A stretch of 64,000 bases of DNA from Antedon mediterranea (taxonomy: Eukaryota > Animalia > Echinodermata), in assembly GCF_964355755.1 (NCBI RefSeq), contig NC_092670.1:31422388-31486387 (forward strand). The letters run 5' to 3'. The position numbers were made by a program, and so were the translations under genes. The notes beneath the pieces are model-generated. The model was given only the letters and a program-made list of their open reading frames with translations, had not been told where the DNA came from and ran no database searches. Below, in pieces: positions 40,801-51,210 of the stretch (positions within the stretch are counted from its first letter, which is position 1; each line of letters opens with the position of its first letter).

Positions 40801-43800
40801 TGGTCAAGTTATCGGTGAAAGTGCCATGAAAAACGTATCAATGATTGGAACTTACGTACAGCAAAATTGGACGGTTAGGAACATTTTAAACAGACTCTCT
40901 CCGATTGCTATGACGCATTCTGTTTCATATAAGTTTGTTTTATCACAATCTTCGAATACAATTTGTTCTGTGTTTTTTTCCCAGATATTTAATGAAGGTC
41001 CTGGAATAGTTCCTGAAATTCAATTGGATATACAGTTTCCATATGAAACAAAGAATGGCAAATGGCTGCTGTACTTGACACATGCCCCTATCATTATCGG
41101 GGCAGCAAATGGCACATGTCTGCTGCCCCCAAACAGTGTCGATGAACTTAATCTTACGGTAATGAGTCGCACAATTTTTTCATTGGAAAGAAATTTTACA
41201 TTACTTTGTATGGTTTACAGTTACCTATAATATTTTATAAACTAGAGGGCTAATTTTTCAAATTGGAAAACACAAGGTTGTCATGTACAGTATATACAGT
41301 TTGTTTAGATTAGTTTTAAAGATCATTAATTGTTATGTGGCCTATACTGTTTTCTATGGATATAAATTCTGGAATAAAGAGATAAATGTGTACATCCTTA
41401 ACTCATTAGCTATTAAAATGTACTGTAACCATTGTTATGAGGTCAATAATATGTATGTTTTAATAATCATGATTATGGTTCAATCTGCCAATCGCTTGTG
41501 TTTATCTTTTATAGATTTTTCCCACTTCTTCTGCCTAAAAACAAAGAATCAAAAGAATTCAAATTGTTATTTCAAACTAACAAACTTTCTTAACAAATTT
41601 CTTTCTAAAATCTCAAGGTGTCAACCCTTCCAGAAGATGGTAGTTTACCTTTAAAGGAAAGGCGTAGTAAAAGAGATGCCATTCAAGATACAAATATTCA
41701 GGAGAGTCCCATCAATCTACAGCAGTCGGCGTCATCTGCCACAATGGTCCTTGTAAGGCACTCAGTTGATTCCATTCATTTTTTAGAACAACCCTTAAGA
41801 CAACACTATAAAACATTAAACATACTGATGTCATATCACTACCGTATTTGGGCATATCACACTTTTTTGTCACATAAAGTTTAATAGTTTTAAGTTCTGT
41901 CTTTACTATCGAATTTCAATGACATAAAAATGTGATGTGCCCATAGTATGGAAAGAATGTTGTCTAATTACCACCAAATTTTTTATCTTCATTATTTGAG
42001 CACATCACAATTTTTTTGTCATATTAGTTTGATAAATGTAAACAGAGCTTTACACCTTTAGAATATTGTATTTTAGTGATTTAAATGATGAGCTTCTTAC
42101 CATTTACATCTGAATTCAGATCTGAAATGAAAATGTCACTGCCTTGTTCAGACAGTGCATTTTGTATAAATCTGTATTCAGTATCCTTCTTCACATTGTC
42201 TGTGTGAAAACACCTTTGGTCAATTGTGAAACTTAAATTCCATAGATTCTAGAAGATTCCCTGAGATTAGACCCTGTAATTCTGATGACAAAATAATAAT
42301 TACATTTTGATAGCTTATTTATGATTAAAGTGCAGTGAATTTAGTTCCAAAGCTTAAAACTTGATCAAGTTGTAGTATTGTATCATTTTTGCCTTATCTT
42401 TCTCAGACATTAAATAATTGACCGTTATAAATTATGTTTATCAATTTTAGGAATGTGGATCTGATGAGGCAACAGCTAGGTGTTTCACTATAACGTGTTT
42501 TATAGGACCATTAAAAGGTGCTTCTAAAACCAATGTTATACTTAATTCAAGATTATGGAATAGTACATTTATAGAAGTAAGTCATTTCATTTCATTCTAT
42601 AGTGGTAAAATGCCAGGCACTGTTTCCAGGGGCGTATTGTAAAGTATAATAATAACAGATTTCATGATATTTATGCTTTATAAAACCCACTTTATTCAGA
42701 CAATTATATGACAATAATCGCCCAAAACACATCAGATGCTATCGAGACTTTGAGAATCAAATGTTCTGGGGAAGCAGACCCCTGCCCCCTTGAAGGATGT
42801 ATTTCTCGCATTTAGTGGCTTATTAGTAGAGTAAAGTACAAGTAAAATGAGAAATTTATGCACTATAGAGTTTTGACCTTTGTCTAATATGTCAGTCTGC
42901 ATGCTATAACGGTATAAGACTTGATTTTCTTTTTTATCTCGCCGAGAATAATGACCATTTCTCCAACCGGGAATTTTTTGAGAGGGTGAGATCTCAATAC
43001 ACAATGTTTAGCCAGGACACTTTCTTCGTATCTTCTCTGCAAAAATTATTCAGAAATTATTATATTATAAATGTGAAAGTATTTAAATTTGTTGTTTTCA
43101 TTAATTAATGATAAATTTAATAATTACCTTTGTAGCAATAGAGAAACAATAATCTTTCTTGTTGTTTTTTAGGATTATAAAAATGTTGACACTGTCCTTA
43201 TAAAATACAAGGGGATGGTATCAATTAAAAATGGTACATATATAACCCAAAAAACAGAAAGAAATGATAAACATACGGTAAGTATGTACTAAAGTACTTT
43301 GTGGTCACTGCAAATTATTATAACATTTTTAATTTATGTATGTAAATGGTGTGGTAAATACTTGATGTTGATTGTTTTTATAAATAATTAAATACTAACT
43401 TTTGTAGGAACTGGTTTTATTGTTCTGAATTGTAGTGGAGCTGTATCTTGGTGGTTAACATGCTTGCCTTCCAATCCCAAGGTCCAGGGTTCAATCCTGA
43501 CCTAGTGCCAGGGTTCTCACCACTCTTTCAACTCAACTCCATAAGCCTCAAAATGATAAATTAAGCTAGTTCCTCGCATATGAAATATGAAAAAAATACC
43601 AAATTCACCATTTGCTAGAATTCATATTAATAAAACTCATCTTCATTCATCCAGTTCAATGGCTAGTGACATTAATTAATGGTACATATTATGTACTAGT
43701 CCTTATATATTGTTTTTAATACCTTTTCCTTTAGCTGTTAAGTCTGCCAGTATGGTGCAATATTTATGTATTGTCATGGGCGTGTTCTAAGTTATCAATT

Positions 43801-46800
43801 TGCTCCATAATAGGCTTACTTCCTTGATAGTTGTCACGGCAGTTCATTAATGTAGTTACTTTCCTCTCTATCCATCCGGTTGAATGCAATGCACACATTA
43901 GTTAAAATGCATAACTCAACCACTCAGCTATTGAGTCCAACAGTCATTCGTGCACAATTACTTTCAACTCATAGTATAGTAGCCTGTCGGAGTTTACTGT
44001 AATATTTTTTTTTAACTTATTCTTCTGCTGTTTTCTCTAGAGTGGTTTTCCAATGCTTCTTGTTTAAATCGGTTTCTTATAAATTGGGGTGAAGAAAGGT
44101 CAGATGCATAATTGATAACGACACATAATTTGATATTAACCCCTACTTCTGTTCATAATCACAATATTGTGTAATGTTTTCTCTGCCTCCTTCATCCATT
44201 TTAATTATTCAGCAACATTTTGTCTAATACTTCTATCAATCACAACTAATTTATTCCATACAACTAAAGATATATGTACAAATATGTCATAAAAAAGTTA
44301 TGGGAAAGGGAACTCAAACCAAAGCTTTAAAGCACAGACCCTTAAAAAACAATAGGCCCAGGGTAATAAGAAGTCTTGTCTTGTTTGTTCTTATTTTATA
44401 TAGTTTGATACCATTTAAGTTTCTTAATTACAATGTTATATGGCCTAGAGATGTATCCCTACCCACTCTCATGTAGAATTCACTGCTATTTTGTCTGTGT
44501 TGTAGGCGTTTTAAGTTAAATCTTCTTTGCCTCATCTATCTAGTCGGACCAAACAGACACATGGTTATTAATTTTAATCTCTGATGCTCATTAATCAGTT
44601 CATGTCCTCTAAATGATGTTATCATGTTTTGAAAAACATCTGGCAGAGTTATTGCAAATTAGTTTAGTGGTTTCGATTAATTTCATCGTAGAACGCTGCC
44701 TGCTAATTTATAATTTCAAGAAAATGAAAATTTAGATGTGCTGTTGCAATATAAACACACTGTTGTAAGCGCAATGTTGTATGTTTACTAGAAAGGTTAA
44801 ATAATGTTTTCTTTGACAATACGGATTTAATAAGTTTATTGTCTGTTCCAAATTATTAATGTTATGAGTTGTAGCTTCGTGGTTCAGATGCTAGGCTACC
44901 AGGGTTCTGGGTTCAAGTCCTGTTAGATGTCAGGATTTTTTTCTCATGACAAAAAATAACGGCACTCCCAAGAGCATCTTGTGTATATGCCTATAAAATG
45001 GTTTCCCCATGTGAACAAGATTCTAATAAGAAGAATAGTGAATGAATTCACTGATGGTTATCCTTGTCAGTTTACTTGGTAAACCATGACTATAAACAAT
45101 GTAATTTGGATTTTCTAATATTGTCATTTATTGGTAAAGTTAACTTCCACCTAAAACAATATCCAATAAAAAAAATGAGTTGCTATTAATAACATTTTTA
45201 TAGGCTCTTAATATTGATGATTGCAAGTGTGATGTTAAATTTTTGAATATGAAGCGTAAACATATTTTTTTTGTAAAGCTAATCAATGTTCTTTGCATTA
45301 TTTTTTATCTACTTTGTTGGATTTTAACAATAATATATACTTCTATGTTTAGGCTGTTTAGATAAATAGATATTAAATAAGTTCAATTTGTCCTTTATAA
45401 CAAATGTAACAAAAATATATTAAAATTATATTGTATTTTTGTTTAAACTTTTATGGTTTAGTAACATCATCATCTCTTTTCATTTGTTCCCTCAGTTACG
45501 TATGGAAGTAAAGCGTGATTTTGATGAGGTAATACAAAGTAAGCCGATAGCGTGGTGGATCATTCTATGTGCCGTAATAGGCGGCATTATATTACTTATA
45601 GTTATTATACTATTACTATGGAAGGTAGGTTTAATATGATAATGAAATTATGATAATTTTTATAAAAGCATGCATTTTTTTAAAGTGGATTTCTCATTAT
45701 GAATAAGCGAATAAGAAATATTTTTTTTTATAATTACCTTCATTTTAAATATATTGGTTTTTTTTTAATTATAATTGTGTATTGCTACTTTTTGACCATA
45801 AATTCTGATAATTGATATGTGCACTCTGTTTCAAATGTTATGTATAAATACTGAACCTACCTTTGTTGGTTTTGAAAAAAAGCAAAACTGAAAAAAACAT
45901 TTTTTGTTTTAAAAAAAAACAAGAAGAACAAAACGTTTTAGTTATACAAAGGAAAACAAATTCAGACAGAATTTGTTTATAATACTGACTCTAGAATAAG
46001 CCCAAAATGGGATAAAATCTCAAATTGATTAAAACATATAATGGTGCCCAAATATATAAACTTTCATGTACAGTAGTCCTACAGTAGATGTTTCCCTTCT
46101 GCTCATTATACCAATAAATATCTAATGGATTTTCCATGACTGGTCATATATTCCTGTAAATAATTTAAAGATATTTCTTGAATTAATTATTACAATGTAT
46201 GAATTATTAATTGTAATTTTTATTCTTTCTTCTTTTCATAATTTTGCACTTCAGCTCGGATTTTTCCGTCGTGATGCCTCATTAGTGGGTTTCATTTGTT
46301 GTTTACATCTGTATTGTAAATTTGTGAATGCAAATCAGCTACTTGGTTATAATGCTTCTATTGGCTGATATCTTTGAATATTAATTAAACAAACCATTTT
46401 AAGTTATTGCATCTTGAATTATGTTTATGCTACTAAACTATATTTTTAGTTCGGTTTGATTTATTTTTGGATTTTATTTTTCTAATTTATGGACCTAAAA
46501 TGAACAATTGTTTTACATAAAATTTACAGTACATTATTTTTTTTTTATTATCAAATCCATCCATTAATAAAATATTATCCCTGCCAAATACCTACTGCCA
46601 GCAATACCAATACTGCAACCAATACCAACCGACTAATTCCTGTCACCAATACCAAAATACAATACATACCAACATACCTACTGCCAGCAATACCAATACT
46701 GCAACCAATACCAACCGACTAATTCCTGTCACCAATACCAAAATACAATACATACCAACATACCTACTGCCAGCAATACCAATACTGCCACCAATACCAA

Positions 46801-48149
46801 CCGACTAATTCCTGTCACCAATACCAAAATACAATATATACCAACATACCTACTGCCAGCAATACCAATACTGCCACCAATACCAACCGACTAATTCCTG
46901 TACCAATACCAAAATACAATACATACCTACTGCCAGAAATACCAATACTGCCACCAATACCAACCAACCAATTCCTGTCACCAATACCAAAATACAATAC
47001 CAACATATCTATTGCAACCAATACCAACACATTAATTTATTTATTATTATTTATTTTATTTTATTAAGTTGTATTTAAATTTGCTTTTTATTCTATTTTG
47101 AATTGGTTATAATTACTAAGTAATAATTATTTAATTAAGCAATGCAAACCATGCATGATGCATGAACTGGTATTCTGAATACAGAGAACACTAGTACATA
47201 AACAGGAATAACTACCATACTGAAACCATCCCAATAAAGAACACATTGTTTGAGTCAGGGACAGATCCAGGGGTAGCGCTGGGGGCCACTCTTCCACACC
47301 CTTCTTGAGAGCTAATATGAAATGAACTACTTTTAATATCTATTTTTATCAGAGTTAGTGCTTCCCCTGGATCCACCCGGTTAGCCTGTGGTACTGTCAT
47401 GTAATGGTAGCTTTTTTTTGGGATGGTATTTCATTGAAATGATACTATACAAATGCTTTATGTGTAACAACAATAATCCACAGTTTCCATAAATCTGTCT
47501 CGTTAAAACCAAAGAGATGTAACAAATCCTTTCCCTGGTTAAGCTGCTTTCACATCATGTTCAGATTGGGTGTCCGGCACCCTCAGTAAAATATCGCGCA
47601 AGGTCATTCAAGCTCACAAAAAGAAACAAATTGCTTGATCTATTGCTCCAAATTCGGAGCCTGAATTAGATATTGATTCAAATTGTACTATTTTGGTGTG
47701 AACAATCCTATGCTTTACCACTGACCTATTTTTTTACTATAATTTTCTCGGGGCACTGGACCAAATCTGGGCTCCATGTGAAAGCAACTTAAGACCATGA
47801 TATTGCAGCAGTACTCTGTTCAGTTTTTAACTTTAAAAAATGTCAATCCTAAATTCAGCAAGAGTTAAAAAGACATATTTGCAATCATCATATGAATTTG
47901 AAATACTTTTTACCACACTATTAGACTGTTTATGGAAACTAATTTTCAATACTAACACTTTCAATAAATAACCTACAGTATTTTTTTTCTGTGTTTGTAA
48001 CGATCACTTATTCTTTTTTCTTTTTACAGTGTGGTTTCTTTGAACGAAGAACTATGAACTACAAGTATGCGTCAGTAGAACAAAAACCTGGGAAAAATGG
48101 AAGGACAGAAAAGACTTATTTACCAAATAATGAATTCTACAAAACGTAA
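11794..48149 (+). CDS. ITGA6: Integrin alpha subunit, laminin-binding PS1/ITGA3-6-7-like (5'-partial; 22 exons plus one alternative tail exon; symbol is the nearest vertebrate type, not a one-to-one orthology claim)
   Basis: 22 exons with AG/GT boundaries join in phase into a 2880-nt ORF. Motifs: CAHRY, GYCQAG, FG-GAP repeats, DLNGDGLDD / DLNYDTFQD / DMDNNSFPD Ca loops, CDIGNP, GGQVIGESAMK, NGKWLLYL, RRSKR, SRLWNSTFIEDY, TM helix and GFFxR. No I-domain. Signal-peptide and blade-1 exons were not found, so they are presumably upstream of the window. Confidence 0.95.
12697..13424 (+). mobile_element. Non-autonomous piggyBac-like element
   Basis: TTAA on both flanks; perfect TIR CACTTTCACCGCCA/TGGCGGTGAAAGTG; subterminal repeats; acidic transposase-N-terminus-like remnant LTADEAIAEIFADSDSENE. 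Confidence 0.85.
14186..14348 (+). CDS. Integrin alpha exon (ELQENFKYMAVGVPG...QSYS)
   Basis: ttcag| ... g|gtgagc; 163 nt, phase 0/1. Confidence 0.9.
15837..15972. mobile_element. Harbinger/Tourist-like MITE family C
   Basis: TTA TSD; TIR AGCTCTGT(T/C)TACACTATCAAA; many copies in the window. Confidence 0.8.
16123..16336 (+). CDS. Integrin alpha exon (GLSMSIG...VAGAPR...FGY...DLNGDG)
   Basis: ttttag| ... gg|gtaagc; 214 nt, phase 1/2. Confidence 0.95.
16379..16523. mobile_element. Harbinger/Tourist-like MITE family C
   Basis: Same TIRs and interior as the 15837 copy. Confidence 0.8.
16746..17069 (+). mobile_element. tRNA-derived SINE with Deu/Nin-domain-like core (near full length)
   Basis: A box TGGCCGAGCGG, B box GGTTCGAG, gagtgag/ctcactc stem; core gataaggactataaaccgtaggtcc...ttaaagaacc...gagtaggggtttaccccggtgt; A-rich tail; second copy at 4710-5020. 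Confidence 0.85.
17523..18431. mobile_element. Non-autonomous Tc1/mariner-superfamily (Tc2/pogo-like) element
   Basis: TA TSD; perfect 27-bp TIR CCGTATATTTCGGTGTATAAGTCGCAC; repeated GTATAAGACGCACC motifs; CpG-rich interior with a ~65-bp internal duplication. Confidence 0.88.
25736..25795 (+). mobile_element. Degenerate tRNA-like SINE head
   Basis: A box TGGTCTAATGG and B box GGTTCGAATC with a shortened spacer. Confidence 0.5.
25905..25995 (+). CDS. Integrin alpha exon (LDDLVVGAPLHY...GGRIYIYINDGE)
   Basis: ttttgcag| ... |gtaagt; 91 nt, phase 2/0; completes the DxxGDGxDD loop. Confidence 0.95.
26941..27599 (-). mobile_element. Helentron-associated (HINE/DINE-1-like) non-autonomous element
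   Basis: Minus strand: TTTTTAGTCGCGTGGAAGCGACTC 5' hairpin/subTIR, (GTCG)n microsatellite, distal subTIR CACGCGACT, 3' stem-loop GCCATCTATATGGC, ends in TT; no TSD. Confidence 0.75.
30228..30348. repeat. Degenerate tandem sub-repeats (GCTAATGTAG/TGAAA)
   Basis: About 6 degenerate ~20-bp units; probably a transposon terminal array. Confidence 0.5.
30472..30532 (-). mobile_element. Degenerate tRNA-like SINE head
   Basis: Reverse complement TGGTCTAAAGG ... GGGTACGAGTC. Confidence 0.35.
31775..31938. mobile_element. Harbinger/Tourist-like MITE family C with internal triplication
   Basis: Same left TIR; TATCACTACCATATTTG x3. Confidence 0.75.
32197..32311 (+). CDS. Integrin alpha exon (GLLGG...SMYGISIANLGDLNYDTFQ)
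   Basis: caacag| ... g|gtaaag; 115 nt, phase 0/1. Confidence 0.93.
32940..33192 (+). CDS. Integrin alpha exon (DVAVGAPYE...FGYSLSGGMDMDNNSFPDLLIGAF...LLR)
   Basis: ctttag| ... cg|gttagc; 253 nt, phase 1/2. Confidence 0.96.
33779..33880 (+). CDS. Integrin alpha exon (MRPVI...; start of thigh domain)
   Basis: ttctag| ... tg|gtgagt; 102 nt, phase 2/2; R-x-RPV motif. Confidence 0.93.
33944..34087. repeat. Palindromic dispersed repeat (second copy at 62235-62367, inverted)
   Basis: TGCAATGG...TTTCA...TGAAA...CCATTGCA hairpin shared by both copies. Confidence 0.6.
35109..35167 (+). CDS. Integrin alpha exon (CFTVEVTFWYECDGEYDEPV)
   Basis: ttttcag| ... g|gtgagt; 59 nt, phase 2/1. Confidence 0.9.
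35678..35850 (+). CDS. Integrin alpha exon (DIKFSLHAEK...GLTSRVSF...LVFK)
   Basis: ttatag| ... aag|gtaaga; 173 nt, phase 1/0. Confidence 0.92.
35928..36022. mobile_element. Partial MITE family C copy
   Basis: AGCTCTGTCC start and reverse-orientation family-C interior (CCCAAATATGGTAGTG). Confidence 0.55.
36837..36992 (+). CDS. Integrin alpha exon (DNLIDILRPV...PILD...MKK)
   Basis: ttaaag| ... |gtatgt; 156 nt, phase 0/0. Confidence 0.92.
37401..37483 (+). CDS. Integrin alpha exon, genu (ADFKKDCTKDDGICTANL...)
   Basis: ttccag| ... ag|gtgtgt; 83 nt, phase 0/2; genu C-x6-C loop. Confidence 0.93.
37615..37753 (+). CDS. Integrin alpha exon, calf-1 (…NMLEDAYEA…)
   Basis: tatcag| ... |gtgagt; 139 nt, phase 2/0. 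Confidence 0.93.
37928..38164. mobile_element. Tigger/pogo-like MITE family A
   Basis: TA|CAGTCAACTCTC ... GAGAGTTGACTG|TA. Confidence 0.8.
38239..38322 (+). CDS. Integrin alpha exon (DSLGIC...ICDIGNPFGKGE)
   Basis: tttcag| ... |gtgagt; 84 nt; CDxGNP motif. Confidence 0.94.
39563..39642 (+). CDS. Integrin alpha exon (ISRRISF...FNVSAMT)
   Basis: ttacag| ... ac|gtaagt; 80 nt, phase 0/2. Confidence 0.9.
40423..40506 (+). CDS. Integrin alpha exon (TSNETMPADN...DVVLSA)
   Basis: tttcag| ... gc|gtaagt; 84 nt, phase 2/2. Confidence 0.9.
40771..40873 (+). CDS. Integrin alpha exon, calf-2 (…GGQVIGESAMK…QNWT)
   Basis: caacag| ... |gttagg; 103 nt, phase 2/0. Confidence 0.92.
40985..41158 (+). CDS. 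Integrin alpha exon (IFNEGPG...NGKWLLYL...LNLT)
   Basis: ttcccag| ... |gtaatg; 174 nt, phase 0/0. Confidence 0.93.
41618..41752 (+). CDS. Integrin alpha exon with heavy/light chain furin site (ERRSKR/DA)
   Basis: ctcaag| ... |gtaagg; 135 nt; R-x-K-R consensus. Confidence 0.9.
41893..42049. mobile_element. Harbinger/Tourist-like MITE family C (with an adjacent partial copy at ~41800-41888)
   Basis: TTA TSD, degenerate family-C TIRs. Confidence 0.7.
42451..42576 (+). CDS. Integrin alpha exon (ECGSD...SRLWNSTFIE)
   Basis: ttttag| ... |gtaagt; 126 nt. Confidence 0.95.
43173..43277 (+). CDS. Integrin alpha exon (DYKNVD...NDKHT)
   Basis: ttttag| ... |gtaagt; 105 nt. Confidence 0.92.
43437..43510 (+). 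mobile_element. Degenerate tRNA-like SINE head
   Basis: TCTTGGTGGTTAA ... GGGTTCAATCC with anticodon-like loop CTTCCAA; stems decayed. Confidence 0.5.
44866..44930 (+). mobile_element. Degenerate tRNA-like SINE head
   Basis: TAGCTTCGTGG ... GGGTTCAAGTCC. Confidence 0.45.
45496..45624 (+). CDS. Integrin alpha transmembrane exon (…IAWWIILCAVIGGIILLIVIILLLWK)
   Basis: cctcag| ... aag|gtaggt; 129 nt; hydrophobic helix ending in WK. Confidence 0.96.
46255..46284 (+). CDS. Alternative cytoplasmic exon LGFFRRDASL (30-nt cassette, or terminal exon reading to TGA at 46366-46368)
   Basis: Long pyrimidine tract plus ttcag| followed in phase 0 by LGFFRR; candidate donor |gtgggt at 46285. Confidence 0.75.
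46581..47030. repeat. 86-bp minisatellite (~5 units) between the two tail exons
   Basis: CCTACTGCCAG recurs at 46591, 46677, 46763, 46849 and 46926. Confidence 0.95.
47542..47789. mobile_element. Harbinger-like MITE family D
   Basis: TIR AGCTGCTTTCACAT / ATGTGAAAGCAACT with TTA/TAA flanks. Confidence 0.65.
48030..48149 (+). CDS. Terminal cytoplasmic exon CGFFERRTMNYKY...NEFYKT*
   Basis: tttttacag| phase 0; GFFxR motif; TAA at 48147-48149. Confidence 0.93.
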   Translation, partial: CGFFERRTMNYKYASVEQKPGKNGRTEKTYLPNNEFYKT

Positions 48150-48395
48150 ATCCAATCAGAATCAGATGAAATATTGTGCCAAATACGTATTGTAACTTAA
48201 GTTAGGTTTTTAAAAAAAAATTTAGATTCTAGAGAAGAAATTGAACAAGATGTATGTTTTGCATAAATTGTTATGTATTGATCTGGAACGTCAGATGAAA
48301 TTTGTTAAATTGTAAATGAACAGAATGAAATTTAGTTCCATACATTGGCCTACTGGAGTCTTGAATGGTAACCAAAGCTTTACAGGAGATCAGCG

Positions 48396-48492
48396 AATAA
48401 GAGACTTCTCCTGGTAAGAGACCTGCTAAGAGAGACCGCTCCTGATAACTGATAAGAGACCTACTAAGAGACCTCTCCTGATAAGAGACCTA
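48396..48492. repeat. Short TAAGAGAC(C) repeats in the integrin 3'UTR
   Basis: Six irregularly spaced units. Confidence 0.7.
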
Positions 48493-49326
48493 TTTATAGA
48501 TTTATCCTGCATCTACACTATGGTCTAGTTAACAAGTATGGAAGGCCAACTTTAGTAAAGTCTCACCAAGTTTAAATTTCATTTTGTTTCTTTCATGGGA
48601 GATGTAATCTCCCTGATCTACCAAAAGTTTAATGGAAGACTTGATTTGAGATAGAAATTATTATGATCAAAGAGTCATCTGGAATAAGTTGAGAATGATT
48701 GAGAACCAGTAGTATAAACGTGATTGATTCAACGTTTTTAAAGCGTGTCACAATGATGTACTTCCAAACGTCATTTAATGCTGCAACCGCAGACGATAAA
48801 ATCGTCTGTTGTGCTTCAACGAAGATGTGTTCCAAAGGATCTATGTACATGCCAAGCTGCATCAAACTTTGTGAAAGATGTGTGATTTGTAATAGTGTCG
48901 GTGCTTTCTATAAATTTATATTTCTATAAATGTGAAGGCTAAATTAAAAGTTTTAATGAAATACTATTATTTTAGAGCAGTGTAGAGCCAAAAATTGGTG
49001 TATTTTATGTCCAATGCTGTTTTATATGTATGAAATTTAAATAATTATTGGAAACTTTAGCAAATACCAAAAACTTTTGACAATTATACCTGCTTGCATT
49101 GTATATTTTTATTGCTTTGCTGTTTATTGCAGGAATAAGTAATTTATAGATATGTTTGACAAACCATATTATTATTATTATGAAATATGAATTATCCTAT
49201 TTGTTTATAGATTTTAAATTGTAAAAAAAAATATTTATTGATAAAATTGTGAGAATAATTGTATTTTCATCAGTAAAATATCACAAATATTATGTGATAT
49301 TAAATTGTATGTATTAATTAACGGTA

Positions 49327-49332
49327 AATAAA
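49327..49332 (+). terminator. Candidate poly(A) signal of the integrin gene
   Basis: AATAAA about 1.2 kb after the stop, preceded by TGTA motifs; weak evidence in AT-rich DNA. Confidence 0.25.
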
Positions 49333-50613
49333 CTCTACAACAAAACATATGTCTCACTAAAATAATAACAATTGCCTAGGCCTAGTCTACACTAGCAAAC
49401 TTTCATTTCACTGTTGTGCATGAGTAAAAACTGGAGTAATTTTGTCCATATGCAGAATGGATCACAAAGCCTGTTACCTGAGTTCATAAAACCTCTTCAA
49501 ACTATTTTGTCGAAAAGGTGCATGGTTTAACTTCTGCAAACTATTTTCTGAGGTTTTCCACCAAACTTAAAAGCTTGAGTTTGCAAACTAAAGTTTAATA
49601 TTGTACACTAGGCTGCACCAAAACTAATTAAAAGAATCCTTGGTACAAGCATGAAGCTCTGTAATTGTACAGCTCCATGGTACAATGGTGTGTATGGTGT
49701 ATTGCTCATTTTTTTAAATGATATAAATATTGGTAAGAATGTGTTTTGGTTGAGAGAGTGGGTGGGTGGGTTTATAGGGAAGGGAATACTAGTGTATTTA
49801 GCGTGACATGTAAATAATAGAGTGTGTGAATGTTTTATTTCTAGTAATTTTTTTAAAATGTCCATATATATGCATATAGTTTAGGAATATAGTTTTTTGT
49901 AAAGTAGATCTCCCACCTTGATAATTGCATATGTTTTATAATGTTTAGTATTACTGTATTAATTTTATATTTAAATGAATATATGATGCATTTTTATTAT
50001 TTTTAATTTTCTTGCATGATTTTAAAATAAAGTAGTTTTTTTTTAAATATTTATAGAAATATGTAAATGAATATGAATTGAATGAGTATGCAAGTAAACT
50101 TTTGAATTTTAATGAATGAGTAATAAACCAAATTTGAATACTCAGGATAAGAATGTAGCACAAAAAATCCTTTTCACAAAATGACAATCTATAAAAAGCA
50201 CAAACAAAATTGTTTTTTTATATCAAAAATTGTTTCTTTATTTATTTTTATTCAATATTTGACATATAGGTGCATCACAAGGTAAATGAATAAAAAAAAA
50301 GTGTTAGCATCTAGGCACCTCAAGAATTAGGACAGTTTGGCATTGTAACAGCCTTAATAACCAACAATTATCCCATTTTGTTTTGTTTTTGTGTGACTGA
50401 CACTGGAATATGAAATTATCTTTATTTCTTTAACTAACTACATGAAGTATTTAACCAAATGTTATTGTATTGCAATTTTAGCTGTATTATTACCAATTAC
50501 AAAATTTGACTTTCAAAAACTGAAATCCATTCCTTGATGTAGATAATGTTTATAGAATCAATTGCATAACTTTTTAATGTATTACCTAAAGAATAAACTA
50601 TTATTACTTCATC

Positions 50614-50850
50614 ATGAATATTCATTATTACTCTAATGAATATTCATTATTTTCTTAATGAATATTCATTATTACCTCAATGAATTTTCACTATTTTCAT
50701 AATGAATATTCATTATTACCTCAATGAATTTTCACTATTGTCATAATGAATATTCATTATTACCTCAATGAATTTTCACTATTTTCATAATGAATATTTA
50801 TTAATATTCCAATGAATTTCATTATTTCCTAATGAATATTAACTATTACA
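50614..50850. repeat. AT-rich ~21-bp tandem repeat (AATGAATATTCATTATT...)
   Basis: Direct repeats with palindromic core ATGAATATTCAT. Confidence 0.9.
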
Positions 50851-51210
50851 ATATTTATGAATCTTTATTTATTTTTACATTGTGTTATATTTGTTTATAA
50901 TTAATATTTATGAATATTCATTAATATAGTATGATAAAATATTATGTAACTAAATTTCAATCAAAATCATTCCAAAGAAACAAAAACTCCAAAATAAAAC
51001 TTTGGCATTTGTTTTTATAAACCTCCTAGACAAATCTATCAATATTTTAATCTTGATTCAATTTAATGATGTCTTTCTTCATATTTTGTTATAAAATCAT
51101 ATTTTAGAGGGCCAAATTATGCAAAGAGTTTGTACATTTTCTTTTATCTAAAAACTGTTTTGTGTATTATTAATCTAGATCATTAAAAAAAATCCCCTGT
51201 CAGGAATATG

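Noticed and set aside
43437-43510. Functional tRNA genes at 25736, 30472, 43437 and 44866
   Set aside because: A/B boxes are present but the cloverleaf stems are broken or shortened; treated as SINE heads
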